Below, one piece after another: positions 41,731 through 51,696 of a stretch of 64,000 bases of DNA (positions are counted from its first letter, which is position 1; the number at the start of each line of letters is the position of its first letter). The stretch spans positions 2,144,001 to 2,208,000 of the forward strand of contig CAWGHO010000002.1 of NCBI GenBank assembly GCA_963822445.1, given 5' to 3'. Both the position numbers and the translations under genes were made by a program. This DNA comes from an uncultured Acidobacteriota bacterium (GTDB lineage: Bacteria; Acidobacteriota; Thermoanaerobaculia; Gp7-AA8). The notes below the pieces were generated by a model, which did not search any database, was not told the origin of the DNA, and worked only from the letters and a program-made list of their open reading frames with translations.

Positions 41731-41895
41731 ATGCCTCGGCAACGCGGTCAGCGTCCGTCGTATCGCCGCTGGAAAGTTGAGTTCTTCAGCTCGGACAACA
41801 GCGATCGTCGTTTGACGTGGATCGAGTGGTTAGGTCTCATCCTAACCATCTTCGGATTACTGCTGACGCTCGGTTTCGGCTTAGGCCTGCTCTGA
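41731..41895 (+). CDS. 54-aa peptide with basic N-terminus and C-terminal TM helix
   Basis: Below the ORF-track cutoff; AAAGGAGG RBS; MPRQRGQRPSYRRW...WLGLILTIFGLLLTLGFGLGLL. Confidence 0.65.
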   Translation: MPRQRGQRPSYRRWKVEFFSSDNSDRRLTWIEWLGLILTIFGLLLTLGFGLGLL

Positions 41896-41901
41896 GGAAA
41901 C

Positions 41902-41931
41902 GGGGTCCGCCGCTAGCAGGCGGCGGACCCC
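41902..41931 (+). terminator. GC-rich hairpin after the small ORF (terminator- or attenuator-like)
   Basis: GGGGTCCGCCGC-tagcag-GCGGCGGACCCC 12-bp stem; no strong U-tract. Confidence 0.5.
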
Positions 41932-41998
41932 AAGTCGGTGAACGGTTTAGCGCCGCCCATTCGACTCTCAACTTGGTAGACACGCAATTCACGGAAGG

Positions 41999-42742
41999 TT
42001 GGTGGCTGTGGAAAACAATACAAGATCTCAGGCACGCAAGCTATCTAAGCAGCTCGACGACGATCGATCTCAGCTATTTGACCAGTTATACCGGACTCAT
42101 TACTCCCGACTCTGTATGTTTCTGACACGCCTAGGGTTAGCCAGCGAGGACGCTAACGAACTTGCTCAGGAAGCGTTCGTCAGGGTCTACGAGCGCTTAG
42201 ACCATTATCGCGGCGAGGCCGAATGGTCGTATCTCGAGGTGACTGCTCGACACGTCCTTTTTAACTGGCTGCGCAGCAAGCAAGCAGCGAAGCGGCAAGC
42301 CAAGTTTGTATCGTTCACCGAGGGCCTTGATGACGCTGTTGCCTCCGACGACACACCGGAGGCAGCGTTACTTGAGCAGGAGGCGGAGAAGGCCGCTTGC
42401 GACGAACGAAGAACTCAGATGGAGCACTTGAAGAGCGCTATCCAAAGGCTGCCCCCGGCGACTGGAAGTTGCCTCCTGCTGGCGTTAGCCGGGTACAACC
42501 ACTCAGATATCGCAAAACAACTGCGAATTACTCCGGCCGCGGTCAAATCTAGGCTACATGACGCACGACAGAAACTCAGGTCGCTAACCAACCCGCAAGG
42601 ACGGGCAGAAGCTCGGGCTGTGTCGACAGCAGCTAGCTGTCAGCGAGCGAGCGCTGAAAGGTACGTCAAGATCGCTGAATTACAACGCAACGGGTCCACG
42701 CGGGCGGAGACCGCTAATGGGAGGCGTCGAAACGCGGCCTAA
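41999..42742 (+). CDS. ECF-type RNA polymerase sigma factor
   Basis: 'LYRTHYSRL...DANELAQEAFVRVY' (region 2); 'AIQRLP...DIAKQL.I...AVKSRLHDARQKLR' (region 4); start uncertain. Confidence 0.88.
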   Translation: MVAVENNTRSQARKLSKQLDDDRSQLFDQLYRTHYSRLCMFLTRLGLASEDANELAQEAFVRVYERLDHYRGEAEWSYLEVTARHVLFNWLRSKQAAKRQAKFVSFTEGLDDAVASDDTPEAALLEQEAEKAACDERRTQMEHLKSAIQRLPPATGSCLLLALAGYNHSDIAKQLRITPAAVKSRLHDARQKLRSLTNPQGRAEARAVSTAASCQRASAERYVKIAELQRNGSTRAETANGRRRNAA

Positions 42743-42934
42743 CTACTGCCAGGAGCTGTCGCGGCCCGGCTTCGGTCCGCCGGCCGAGCCGGCTGCTTTT
42801 TCGCCAGCGTGACGGCGTCACGGCGTTGCAGTTCGCCACTCGCTGCATGGGCAGTTCATTGGCGGCAACTGCCGCGCCGCTCCGGCTTCGGCACGTGGGC
42901 CCTGGCCGCGCAGCTCAGGCGATAGACGTTGGGC
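42737..42934 (+). repeat. attC site 40
   Basis: GCCTAAC...GTTGGGC. Confidence 0.9.
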
Positions 42935-43226
42935 GGACTCGGCACGAAGAGTAGGCCGGACTTCCATTGACGCGTTGGCAGTCGCACCGACTGAAGCGGC
43001 AGAGCCGCGCGCCAAGGCGTCCGCCACAATTGTTCGTCGTGGTTCCCGCCCATCCGCCGGCTTGTTGCACGTGCAGCGCACGCGAAACATGATTTTCGTC
43101 GGCAGCCGGCCACAATCTCCGCGAGAGCCACCCTCCACGCCGGCCTGGCGGCCGAGCACGCATTCCGCGTCCGCCACGATTCGGCGCGTGCGCTGCTCCC
43201 AAGCGCGGAAAGCTATGCGTGTGGCC
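42935..43226. repeat. Gene-less cassette family, copy 10
   Basis: Compensatory change GCAGCGCACGC/GCGTGCGCTGC in the clamp stem. Confidence 0.85.
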
Positions 43227-43415
43227 GCCCAACAACTCACAGCAGCTGACGCGGCCCGGCTTCGTCCCGGCGCTGAAGCGCCTGGGCCGAACAGTACCGG
43301 CGCGGCGGCACGCCGGCCGCAGATCGGTTCATTCGTTAATCGCCGGCGGCCGGCGCGCCGCGCTGCCGCAGCCACGCGGGCCCTGGCCGCGCAGCTGAGT
43401 GAGATGACGTTAGCC
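43227..43415 (+). repeat. attC site 41 (gene-less subtype)
   Basis: GCCCAAC...GTTAGCC. Confidence 0.9.
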
Positions 43416-43761
43416 GGTCGGAATTACTCTTATCGCACATTGCAACGGCGAGGGGACGAGTTCAAGCCATGTGAGTGCGCGAGAGTCGTCTTCTTACGCA
43501 TGCACCTAGGATCGTGTTGCGTAGCTATGCTCGGTGCGTGGCATTCCATACGCACCACGTCATTAGCTACAAGCGCCAGTCCGTCAGAGCTTTAGCTCGC
43601 TCGTGCGCCGATGGACGACACTCCGGCCCGCCTCGCTAAGTGGCATCTTAGCTGCGACGCCCAGCATGCATCAGCGACGCCTCTGGGTATCTGGTATCCT
43701 GCCGTCTCTACCCGATAGGCAGCTGGAGCGGCGCGATCCGGCATCCGGACGGAGCGATCGC

Positions 43762-44268
43762 ATGTTCGATTTTCTGACGTCCACGAAACGACCGACCGCT
43801 GGTACGCCGGTATTAACAGCGAACGAGGTGTTGGCTCGGCTCAAAGCACTTAATCGCGACAGCGCCCCTTGGCGGATAATCGATGGCACGGCAGACGGTG
43901 TTAATCTAATCGCCGAGTGGAAAATCGTAGACGCGAAGTGGTATGAGATCTTCGCTAAGGCAGGTCTCACCAAGGTATTCCGCATCCTGCTAAAGCTGGA
44001 TGAGGAGCGGAAGCACGTTCGCGCCCAAGATAGGGAGTACGAGGTTTCGTGGCGCGCTGGTGTGCCTTCGTTGTCCATCGCCGCGAAAGGTTTCAAAGGG
44101 CAAAGCACCAGCGTTGAGTTCGGCGCTTCGTATGGATTTACTGAAGACTTCTCACTCGGTCAGCAATACAAATATTTCTTCAAGACTTCAGAGATTAAAA
44201 CGCCTGTTCAAGAGGCGGTGGTCAGCTGCGGTTGGGTTTATAAAGGTGTAGTCTTTGGCAATCCATAG
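43762..44268 (+). CDS. Conserved-looking hypothetical protein
   Basis: GGAG RBS; 'LIAEWKIVDAKWYEIFAKAGL'; 168 aa. Confidence 0.75.
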   Translation: MFDFLTSTKRPTAGTPVLTANEVLARLKALNRDSAPWRIIDGTADGVNLIAEWKIVDAKWYEIFAKAGLTKVFRILLKLDEERKHVRAQDREYEVSWRAGVPSLSIAAKGFKGQSTSVEFGASYGFTEDFSLGQQYKYFFKTSEIKTPVQEAVVSCGWVYKGVVFGNP

Positions 44269-44314
44269 CGGGCCCGAATACATGACACGCGTGAAACTAC
44301 GAGATAAGGCCGCC

Positions 44315-44509
44315 GGCTAACTACTGCCAGAAGCTGGCACGGCCCGGCTTCGGCCCGGCGGCCGAGCCGCCTACAGCATCGCAGCGTGACGGCGTCACGG
44401 CGGTTGCAGTTCGGCAGTCGTTGCTGCAACTTCTCGCCGGCAACCGCCGTGCCGCTCGGGCTTCGGCACGCGGGCCCTGGCCGTGCAGCTTAGGCGATAG
44501 ACGTTAGCC
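44315..44509 (+). repeat. attC site 42
   Basis: GGCTAAC...GTTAGCC. Confidence 0.9.
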
Positions 44510-44682
44510 AGACCGGCGGACGCGGAGCGCAACCGACGCACAAGTTCGCGGAACGCAACCACAGCGCGCGTGGCATGATCGATCGCAACTGCTCACTATC
44601 GTTGCGCTCCACCAGTCCACCGGCATGGCTAACTTTCATCATTCCGTCGTCGCGACGTCCGGTCGATCCCATAATAGACATT

Positions 44683-45007
44683 CCCCCTGCAGCTGACAGC
44701 ATCGCAAGATTGCGGGCCGCGACCAGCCAAAGTGCGCCCGCCCCCCGCGCCGTTGTGCAGTAGACCCCTTCACACCCGCTCCACCACCCGCGGTAGGCCT
44801 ACTGCACAACGGCGCACCCTCCCGGGCGCCAGCTCGTCGCGGCCCTGAATGTGCGCATCCACCCGACCTCGCGCGTCGAACTCACGAATTGATCCGTGTC
44901 ACGCGGTTGCAGATGGCTTCCTCCGGCGAATCATCAGTCGCCGCAACCGCGTGCCACGGGAAGACCGTGAATTCGACGCGCTCACACCCGGGAGATCGCT
45001 GCCCCCC
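44683..45007. repeat. Structured cassette-leader element, copy 5
   Basis: 20-bp stem with one mismatch around the conserved loop. Confidence 0.8.
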
Positions 45008-45097
45008 GACCCGCGAGAGCGACACGTCGTGATCAGGCCCGATGTGTCGGCGTGATCTAGATGCTCCAGGTTGTAAACCACCAGTTTCGGTATGAAC

Positions 45098-45421
45098 TTA
45101 GACATTCGCGGGGCGCAAAACCACCAGTTCGGTCACTCCGGAAGTGACCTTTGCCAATTCGGAAGTGACCTTTGCCACTTCGGAAGTGACCTTTGCCACT
45201 TCGGAAGTGACCCTTGCCACTTCGGAAGTGACTTGGGCCACTTCGGAAGTGACCTTTGCCAATTCGGAAGTGACTTGGGCCACTTCGGAAGTGACCTTTG
45301 CCACTTCGGAAGTGACCTTGGCCACTTCGGAAGTGACCACGGCCACTTCGCTAGTGACCTTGGCCACTTCGGAAGTGACCTTGCATTCAACTCTGAGACC
45401 GACGACGGACATGCCGCGCAT
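45098..45421 (-). CDS. Heptad-repeat (VTSEVAK)n coiled-coil peptide
   Basis: Repeat variation is mostly synonymous or conservative in this frame (TCC>AGC Ser, GCA/GCC Ala). Confidence 0.55.
   Translation of the reverse strand: MRGMSVVGLRVECKVTSEVAKVTSEVAVVTSEVAKVTSEVAKVTSEVAQVTSELAKVTSEVAQVTSEVARVTSEVAKVTSEVAKVTSELAKVTSGVTELVVLRPANV
45137..45385. repeat. Tandem repeat, 12 x 21 bp (TTCGGAAGTGACCTTTGCCAC)
   Basis: Units start every 21 nt from 45137 to 45368. Confidence 0.95.
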
Positions 45422-45430
45422 TGAATGGCT

Positions 45431-45627
45431 GGCTAACTGCTGCCAGCAGCTGACAGCGGCCCGTTTGCCGCTCCCGGGGCTGAAGCCCCTTTTTCCTCCC
45501 GAGACGAACGGCGACATGCCGCTTGCAGATCGCTCCCGCCGACTGGTCGTTAGTCGCGGCAACCGGCCTGCCGCGCGAACCGCACGCGCGCGGGGGCTCG
45601 CTGCAGCTGAGGCGACGTACGTTAGGC
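45431..45627 (+). repeat. attC site 43
   Basis: GGCTAAC...GTTAGGC. Confidence 0.9.
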
Positions 45628-45899
45628 GCACGCAAACACCAGCGCCGTGGCCACACGCGAGAGACGAGCCGCGAAGGTCGCAAGCGGCGTTCGCTGGTCG
45701 CTCGTCGAGAATGAGTGATGCCGCCTTACCCGAGGTCGTTCCGTACGGCGGACGAGTAATCGCTAACGCGCAAATCTAGCCGGGCAGAGGCACATAATTC
45801 CAGATCTGGTTGTTAGCTGCGGCCAGTTTTACTGGTTTCGGCTATGTCGAGGTAGGGAATTGCCCGGCCCAGCCCCTCCTATCTTGGAGGAAGCCAAGA

Positions 45900-46406
45900 A
45901 TGGGCGTCGCCATCAGTGCAGAAGTGGCCATTCAGTTGTTAAACACGATCGGACTCGGCCTTGTTGGCACCGGTCTGTACGTCGTTTACAAAGCCCTTCT
46001 AAAACGCAGCGAACTCCTGTCGGAAAGTGTCGATCAGCTCCAGAAAGCACACGAAGCCGTCGTGAAAACGATGGATAAGCGTTCGACGGAGATTGACTCG
46101 CGATTCGAGGATGAAAAGAAATTTCGAAGCCTGTACCTGTCCCTTCTTGAAGACGCCGAGGTTCATCGCAGCAAGATCAAAGAATGGAAAGAGGACGAGC
46201 TTCACGCGTTACAGAGCCGAATGGATCTCGTGTCTGCTCGCTTGCAACAGCTCGAGGAAGACCACAAAGCTTTGCTCGCGAAGTACTACGAAATCGAAGA
46301 TGGATATCAGAACTCTGTTGCACGAAACCGGTTCCTGGAAAAACAGAACAAAGAACTTCAAGTCGAGCTCGGGAAATCTGGGCCGACAGTCCGCGGGCTA
46401 GCATAA
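45900..46406 (+). CDS. N-terminal TM coiled-coil protein
   Basis: GGAGG RBS; TM followed by charged heptads. Confidence 0.75.
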   Translation: MGVAISAEVAIQLLNTIGLGLVGTGLYVVYKALLKRSELLSESVDQLQKAHEAVVKTMDKRSTEIDSRFEDEKKFRSLYLSLLEDAEVHRSKIKEWKEDELHALQSRMDLVSARLQQLEEDHKALLAKYYEIEDGYQNSVARNRFLEKQNKELQVELGKSGPTVRGLA

Positions 46407-46460
46407 GCTCGTGGTGTCAATCCGATCGTCTCGGACCTGCCTCTTGCGCTACTGGCCGGC

Positions 46461-46657
46461 GCCTAACTTTGGTGTGAAGCTGGCACGGCCCGGCTTCGGC
46501 CCGGCAGCCGAGCTGCCTGCCCTGTCGCCAGCGTGACGGCGTCACGGCCGTTGCAGTTCGCCAGTCGTTGCGTGCGACTTCTCGGCGGCAACGGCCGCGC
46601 CGCTGCGGCTTCGGCACGTGGGCCTTGGCCGTGCAGCTTACACCAAGGACGTTAGGC
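46461..46657 (+). repeat. attC site 44
   Basis: GCCTAAC...GTTAGGC. Confidence 0.9.
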
Positions 46658-46787
46658 GGACGCATCTTAGCCTGCGTTGCCCGCACGCTTTCCATGAGGC
46701 TCCGCGTACTTGCACGGTCGTCGCGCTCGACCGCCGGTAGGGGGCTAGTTTCGATCTGGGGCCTACTTTCCGCGCATCGCTATCCGT

Positions 46788-47660
46788 CTAATCCCACGGG
46801 CCCCGCTGGCTTGGTAGTGACCAATTACTTGGAAGGCTCCAGGCATCGTCATGCCTTGTGAAGAGTACGCTGGCGTCGTAACGCCGGCCCGAATCGTAAT
46901 CAAGGCTACTACGTAGGAGGGGCGCGACCTCTCCGAAGGGCGTAATGTTTACGTATTGCCACTGGAAATCAACCAGAGCTCGCTCGCCATCGTCGCTTCG
47001 TCGAATGTTTGTGACATCGACCAATGAACGATCCGCCATTTTCATGATACTGCATGTATTGTTCTGATTGTAGGCGCCAGCCTGGGCCGCATAACGGACA
47101 ACCTTGTCACCCACCTTGTACTTCCGGCCTTCGGGTGTCAGCTCGATGTCTATTGCGTAATAGGTATAGTAAGCCCACCGTGATTCTCCGATGGGAGTCA
47201 AGGTGGCCAAGTTGGCTCGCACTAGTGGTTTAAGCCATTCCGGAGTGTCGTTACTGAACATGCTGCTCTGCTTACCGGTGCGGAACGCGTTCGCCGGGAC
47301 TGGTAGCGATTTCAAGCGTTCCCGAAGTACCTCTTGCGCTTTGTCACGAGTGAGTTCTCGGGGCAGCTTGATAACGGGCGCGTCATAAGGAGCGGCGGTC
47401 GCGAGGTTTAGTTGGAGAGATCGACCGATGTAACCGGCCTTCTCAAACTTAACGGTGAAGGCGCCCGGGGCGTAGCCCAGCACATACTTGCCCTCAGAAT
47501 CGGTCTCGGTTGCAAAGGTGCTGTTTTCGATGAATGCCTTGACTCCCGGTATGGGCTTGGCTCCCGATTCCTGCACGGATCCACGTATTTCGGCCTTCTT
47601 GCATCCTCCGAGCGTAAAGCAGACCAGGACGGCAACCCAGGCGAGCGCGGACTTGGGCAT
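46788..47660 (-). CDS. Lipoprotein with carboxypeptidase-regulatory-like domain
   Basis: GAGGAGG RBS, TATAAT upstream; 'LGGC'; 'IRGSV...PIPGV...TDSEGKY...FEKAGY'. Confidence 0.8.
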   Translation of the reverse strand: MPKSALAWVAVLVCFTLGGCKKAEIRGSVQESGAKPIPGVKAFIENSTFATETDSEGKYVLGYAPGAFTVKFEKAGYIGRSLQLNLATAAPYDAPVIKLPRELTRDKAQEVLRERLKSLPVPANAFRTGKQSSMFSNDTPEWLKPLVRANLATLTPIGESRWAYYTYYAIDIELTPEGRKYKVGDKVVRYAAQAGAYNQNNTCSIMKMADRSLVDVTNIRRSDDGERALVDFQWQYVNITPFGEVAPLLRSSLDYDSGRRYDASVLFTRHDDAWSLPSNWSLPSQRGPWD

Positions 47661-47739
47661 GTGAACCTCCTCAGGCGTCTCGCATTATATAACGATAAAT
47701 TGACCGTACGTTAGTAACTTGCCGCAGAGAAATCCCGCC

Positions 47740-47936
47740 GCCTAACTACTGCCAGCAGCGGACGGCGGGCCGTTCGTTGGCCCGGCGGCCGAGCCGCCTA
47801 CGTCGCTCCAACTTGCACGGCGTCACGCCGCTTGCAGATCGCGCCCGCCGACAATCTCGTTAGTTGCGGCAAGCGGCGCGCCGCTTTCCGCTCACGGCTG
47901 TGGGCCTCGCCGCCGCTGAGGCGACAGACGTTAGGC
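47740..47936 (+). repeat. attC site 45
   Basis: GCCTAAC...GTTAGGC. Confidence 0.9.
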
Positions 47937-48126
47937 GCACGAAAACCAGCGACACGTTTGGTAGCATGGACGCGTCGCATTTGGCGCGGGCGAAGGAACG
48001 AAGGCGAAACGCGACGGCCGCAATCGTGACCGGAGCCGACCATGCTGCCCAGTTTATCGCCTGCGTCGCCACTCGACTATGACGAACCGGTCCGCCTGCT
48101 TGCAGCCGTCTGACGGAGGTGAACGA

Positions 48127-48510
48127 TCACAGCTTGGCCTTCTTGGGAAAAATTGTCACGTCGGGTAGGCCACTGAATCCGGAGTCGGTGGTTACGAGCG
48201 TAGCGTCGCTTTCGCGGGCGAATGCCAGCATCATCGAGTCAGCCATCGCCAAGCCGTGCTCAAGGCTCAGATCTGCCGCCGTCAGCGCAACTTCCTCGGT
48301 CAAATTGACGACGACGGTCTTCTTCATGGTGGCCACGGCGTCGAGTGCCTCGTCCTCTGACCGTTCGCGCTTGATCCACTTGTAAACTTCGTAGATTGCG
48401 ACGGTCGGAGTGATGACGTCCGCTGGGCGGCGCAACCTCGTCGCGAACTCCTCGGCGTGCGGACCATCCGCGAAAAACTCGATCCAACCCGAAGAGTCAA
48501 TGACTATCAA
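48127..48510 (-). CDS. vapC: VapC/PIN toxin
   Basis: 'VIDSSGWIEFF...IYEVYK...LAMADS...LVTTDSGF'. Confidence 0.9.
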   Translation of the reverse strand: MIVIDSSGWIEFFADGPHAEEFATRLRRPADVITPTVAIYEVYKWIKRERSEDEALDAVATMKKTVVVNLTEEVALTAADLSLEHGLAMADSMMLAFARESDATLVTTDSGFSGLPDVTIFPKKAKL

Positions 48511-48716
48511 AACCGATCCTTCTTTTCGCGGAAGCCGGTTGTGCGAATACCGCGAACGAACCCGCGCATTGACGAGATCGGTCTGTCGGGAACAAGCGTG
48601 ACGCTGCCACCCTTAGCGATTACTTGAAACTCTTGCCCGACGCGAATCTTGGCGCGCTCCCGTACATCCTTCGGTATAACGACCTGATACTTTGACGATA
48701 CTCTCGTTCGGGTCAT
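48507..48716 (-). CDS. AbrB/MazE/SpoVT family antitoxin
   Basis: 'VSSKYQVVIPKDVRE..KIRVG'; AAGGAG RBS. Confidence 0.9.
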   Translation of the reverse strand: MTRTRVSSKYQVVIPKDVRERAKIRVGQEFQVIAKGGSVTLVPDRPISSMRGFVRGIRTTGFREKKDRF

Positions 48717-48808
48717 TGCGGAACTCCTTCGCTGGATCGATCATCAGTATCGTAAGACGCGGCGACAGCACTGTCAACGCCCGATTCACGTGTCTCATTT
48801 CGGCCGCC

Positions 48809-49007
48809 GGCTAACTACTGCCAGGAGCTGTCGGCGGGCCGTTTGCCGCGCCCGGCGCTGAAGCGCCTCGGTAAGCGTCGATTGGCCGGCGGCACGCCGG
48901 CCGACATGCTCTCGCGCCGCTAGCCGCGGCGCGAACACTGCAGCCGTCGCGCCGCGCAACCGCTCGCACGCGGGGCCTCGCCGCAGCTCAGGCGATAGAC
49001 GTTAGCC
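48809..49007 (+). repeat. attC site 46
   Basis: GGCTAAC...GTTAGCC. Confidence 0.9.
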
Positions 49008-49022
49008 GGACGATAATGAGAC

Positions 49023-50173
49023 GTGACTAAATCTATATACTTCGTTGGAGCTGGGTTCACCAAGGGTCTTCAGCAGCGGATGCCGATCCCGATGATGATG
49101 GATTTCGTACAGGTGATGGCTCACTACGCGAGCCGCGATGACGTGGTGCTGATGGCATTGATCGGGCTCGAGGGGGAAGGTTGCTTTAAGAACAAGAACC
49201 CTGTTCTGAAGGCTTTAGCAAACGATATCAGACCCAAGCGACATCGCCGAAAGCTGCTGGCAGGAGTGCTCCAGCGCGAACCTGAATCCATCGAGGCCCT
49301 GCTCTCCAGAGCTGAGCGAATCGACCGTCGATTCACGAAGCTTACCCGCCGAGTGTTGCTTGCGGCAATCAATGATCCGGTGTTGCGCGCTCAGTACGCA
49401 ATCAGCCGAATGTTCTTCAGGATCGGCTGGCGCCTTCGGCTGGACACTCTCAAGCAGTACCTAGCGCTAAGAGCTCGCCAGCCACGTAGTCGGCATACGT
49501 TCGTTAGCTTCAACTACGACCTCGTGCTTGAACACGCACTGGAAGAAGCCGGCACGTCGTGGTCCGCAAAGGCGGGTTACGGCGTGAGGTTCGCGTGGGC
49601 AATTCTGGAGGATCCCTCCGAAGGCGCCGGGGCACCAGTTGTGCCACTCAACGGCACGGCGGCGTCCAACGTCAGCGTCTTGAAACCTCACGGCTCACTC
49701 AACTGGCTGCTGCCATCCGACGGCAGGCCGCGCCTTCCTGTCGTTGCTACCACGGTCGAGGGCCACGTCCGTTACATTGGATCCACAGAAACCCATGCCG
49801 GCATTCGTTTCCCGGACGAGTTGCCCGTGCGTGTCGCACCGTTCATTCTGCCACCGACTAGTTCCAAGAACACAGATCTCGCGATTCTACGAACCTGCGC
49901 AGAAAGGAAGCAACCGCCATTCTGTCCGCGGATGAGTTGTACGTGATTGGTTGGAGCATTCCCAAGACAGATGTAGATCAGGTCAAGCTGATCCAACAGG
50001 CGATGGCTCGGCGGCGAAAGCCCTTCTCGCGTGTCGTAGTTGTTAACTATCGCCAACCGGAACGGTACTACCGCCGGGTGGCGCGCCTGTTCGGTGTCCC
50101 TTTAAGAAGCGTGGAACGCTTTGATGACGGCGTGCTAGATTTTACAGCGTCACAGTTGGCCCTCGCCGGCTAA
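49023..50173 (+). pseudogene. SIR2-like protein, frameshifted near 49890
   Basis: 'FVGAGF', 'SFNYD', 'LKPHGSLNW'; C-terminal 'ADELYVIGWSIPKTD' lies in a shifted frame that stops in R''. Confidence 0.8.
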
Positions 50174-50363
50174 CTACTGCCAGAAGCTGGCACGGCCCGG
50201 CGTCGGTCCGGCGCTGAAGCGCCTACATCATCGCCAGCGGGACGGCGTCACGCCGGTTGCAGATCGTCAGGCGTTGCAGGCAACTTCTCGCCGGCAACCG
50301 CCGTGCCGCTCCGGCTTCGGCACGTGGGCCCTGGCCGTGCAGCTTAGGCGATAGACGTTAGCC
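50168..50363 (+). repeat. attC site 47
   Basis: GGCTAAC...GTTAGCC. Confidence 0.9.
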
Positions 50364-50677
50364 CGACGACGACCAGAGATCCTCGCACGACTTGGAGAGC
50401 GTCCCGCTCGACAGCGGGCTCGAGGCGGCACCCCTCGATGGCCGCGAAGCCAGAGGAACATGGCTTATCGTCGCAGTTCCTTGCATTTCCAAGAGCATCC
50501 ACGCCCGCAGACTCACGTTTTGGAGCGTTGCGCTCACTTCCGTCTCGCGATCGAGCCGGATCCACATCGGCAAGCCACATCGACCAAGACGCGAGCGGCG
50601 TCATGAAGTGATCGGCTGACACGGAAAGCCGGCAACAGTTTGGGTGCCGGCCGGTCGCTCAGCTAGAATACGGCGCC

Positions 50678-50902
50678 ATGTCGTACGAAGGAATCATCAC
50701 GATCGAGCCGGGAAAGAGGGGCGGCCAACCCTGTATTCGCGGTATGCGCATGACTGTCTACGATGTCCTGTCGTATCTGGCCGCCGGGATGACGGAAGAG
50801 GAAGTCCTCCATGATTTCCCGTATCTGACGCACGAGGACGTTCTCGCTTGTCTCAGCTACGCGGCTGAGCGTGAGCATCGCATGCTGGTCGTAAACGAGT
50901 GA
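50678..50902 (+). CDS. DUF433 family antitoxin
   Basis: 'ITIEPGKRGGQPCIRGMRMTVYDVLSYLAAGM'. Confidence 0.92.
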   Translation: MSYEGIITIEPGKRGGQPCIRGMRMTVYDVLSYLAAGMTEEEVLHDFPYLTHEDVLACLSYAAEREHRMLVVNE

Positions 50903-51246
50903 AGCTCCTCTTCGACCACAACATCTCACCCGACCTCGTTCGCAGACTGCGAGATTTGTTTCCCGAATCGGACCACGTTTACAACCTGAATTTGCACGAA
51001 GTGGACGATCACATCGTCTGGGCATTCGCTCGGGAGAATACCTTCATCGTTGTAACAAAAGATGTTGATTTCTCCGAACTCTCCATGGTGCAGGGATTTC
51101 CCCCGAAGGTCTTGTGGCTTCGTCTTGGCAACTGCCGGACACGCGACATCGAAGACCTGATCCGCTCCAATTACGAATACATACTGCAACTGGTGGCGGA
51201 CGATGAGAGAGCCATCTTGTCTCTGTTCGCGAAGGCCGCGGGCTAA
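50899..51246 (+). CDS. DUF5615 PIN-like toxin
   Basis: 'MKLLFDHNISP...VTKDVDF...PPKVLWLRLGNC'. Confidence 0.92.
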   Translation: MKLLFDHNISPDLVRRLRDLFPESDHVYNLNLHEVDDHIVWAFARENTFIVVTKDVDFSELSMVQGFPPKVLWLRLGNCRTRDIEDLIRSNYEYILQLVADDERAILSLFAKAAG

Positions 51247-51436
51247 CTACTGCCAGAAGCTGGCACGGCCCGGCCTCGGTCCGGCGGCCGAGCCGCCTAC
51301 TTCGTCGCCAGCGTGGCGGCGTCACGCCGGTTGCAGATCGCGTCGCGCTGCTTCAGCTTAATCGCGGCAACCGGCGCGCCGCTCTGGCTTCGGCACGTGG
51401 GCCTTGGCCGTGCAGCTTAGGCGATAGACGTTAGCC
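51241..51436 (+). repeat. attC site 48
   Basis: GGCTAAC...GTTAGCC. Confidence 0.9.
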
Positions 51437-51696
51437 CGACCTGGGCAGCGACGCTTCGCGTTCCGCAGACTCTCCGTGCCCCGCACGTTCATGGTGGTGC
51501 CAGCCCGCCGTCCTCCCTGCGCGCATTCGACCACCGTGCTCGTGCGCGTCACCACGCCTGCCACCGGAGTCATTGCGGCAGTTGTCGTCGTCCGTGCGCA
51601 AGCCCCTCGCCACATGTCTCACCCTGACCCTGTGCGCTCCCGCGGCGCCATCGCTGCTCCCGCACGGACTGCGTCGGTTTGGGCGATAATCGCTGC

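Noticed and set aside
45137-45385. 21-bp repeat as a mini-CRISPR
   Set aside because: Units are contiguous with no unique spacers.
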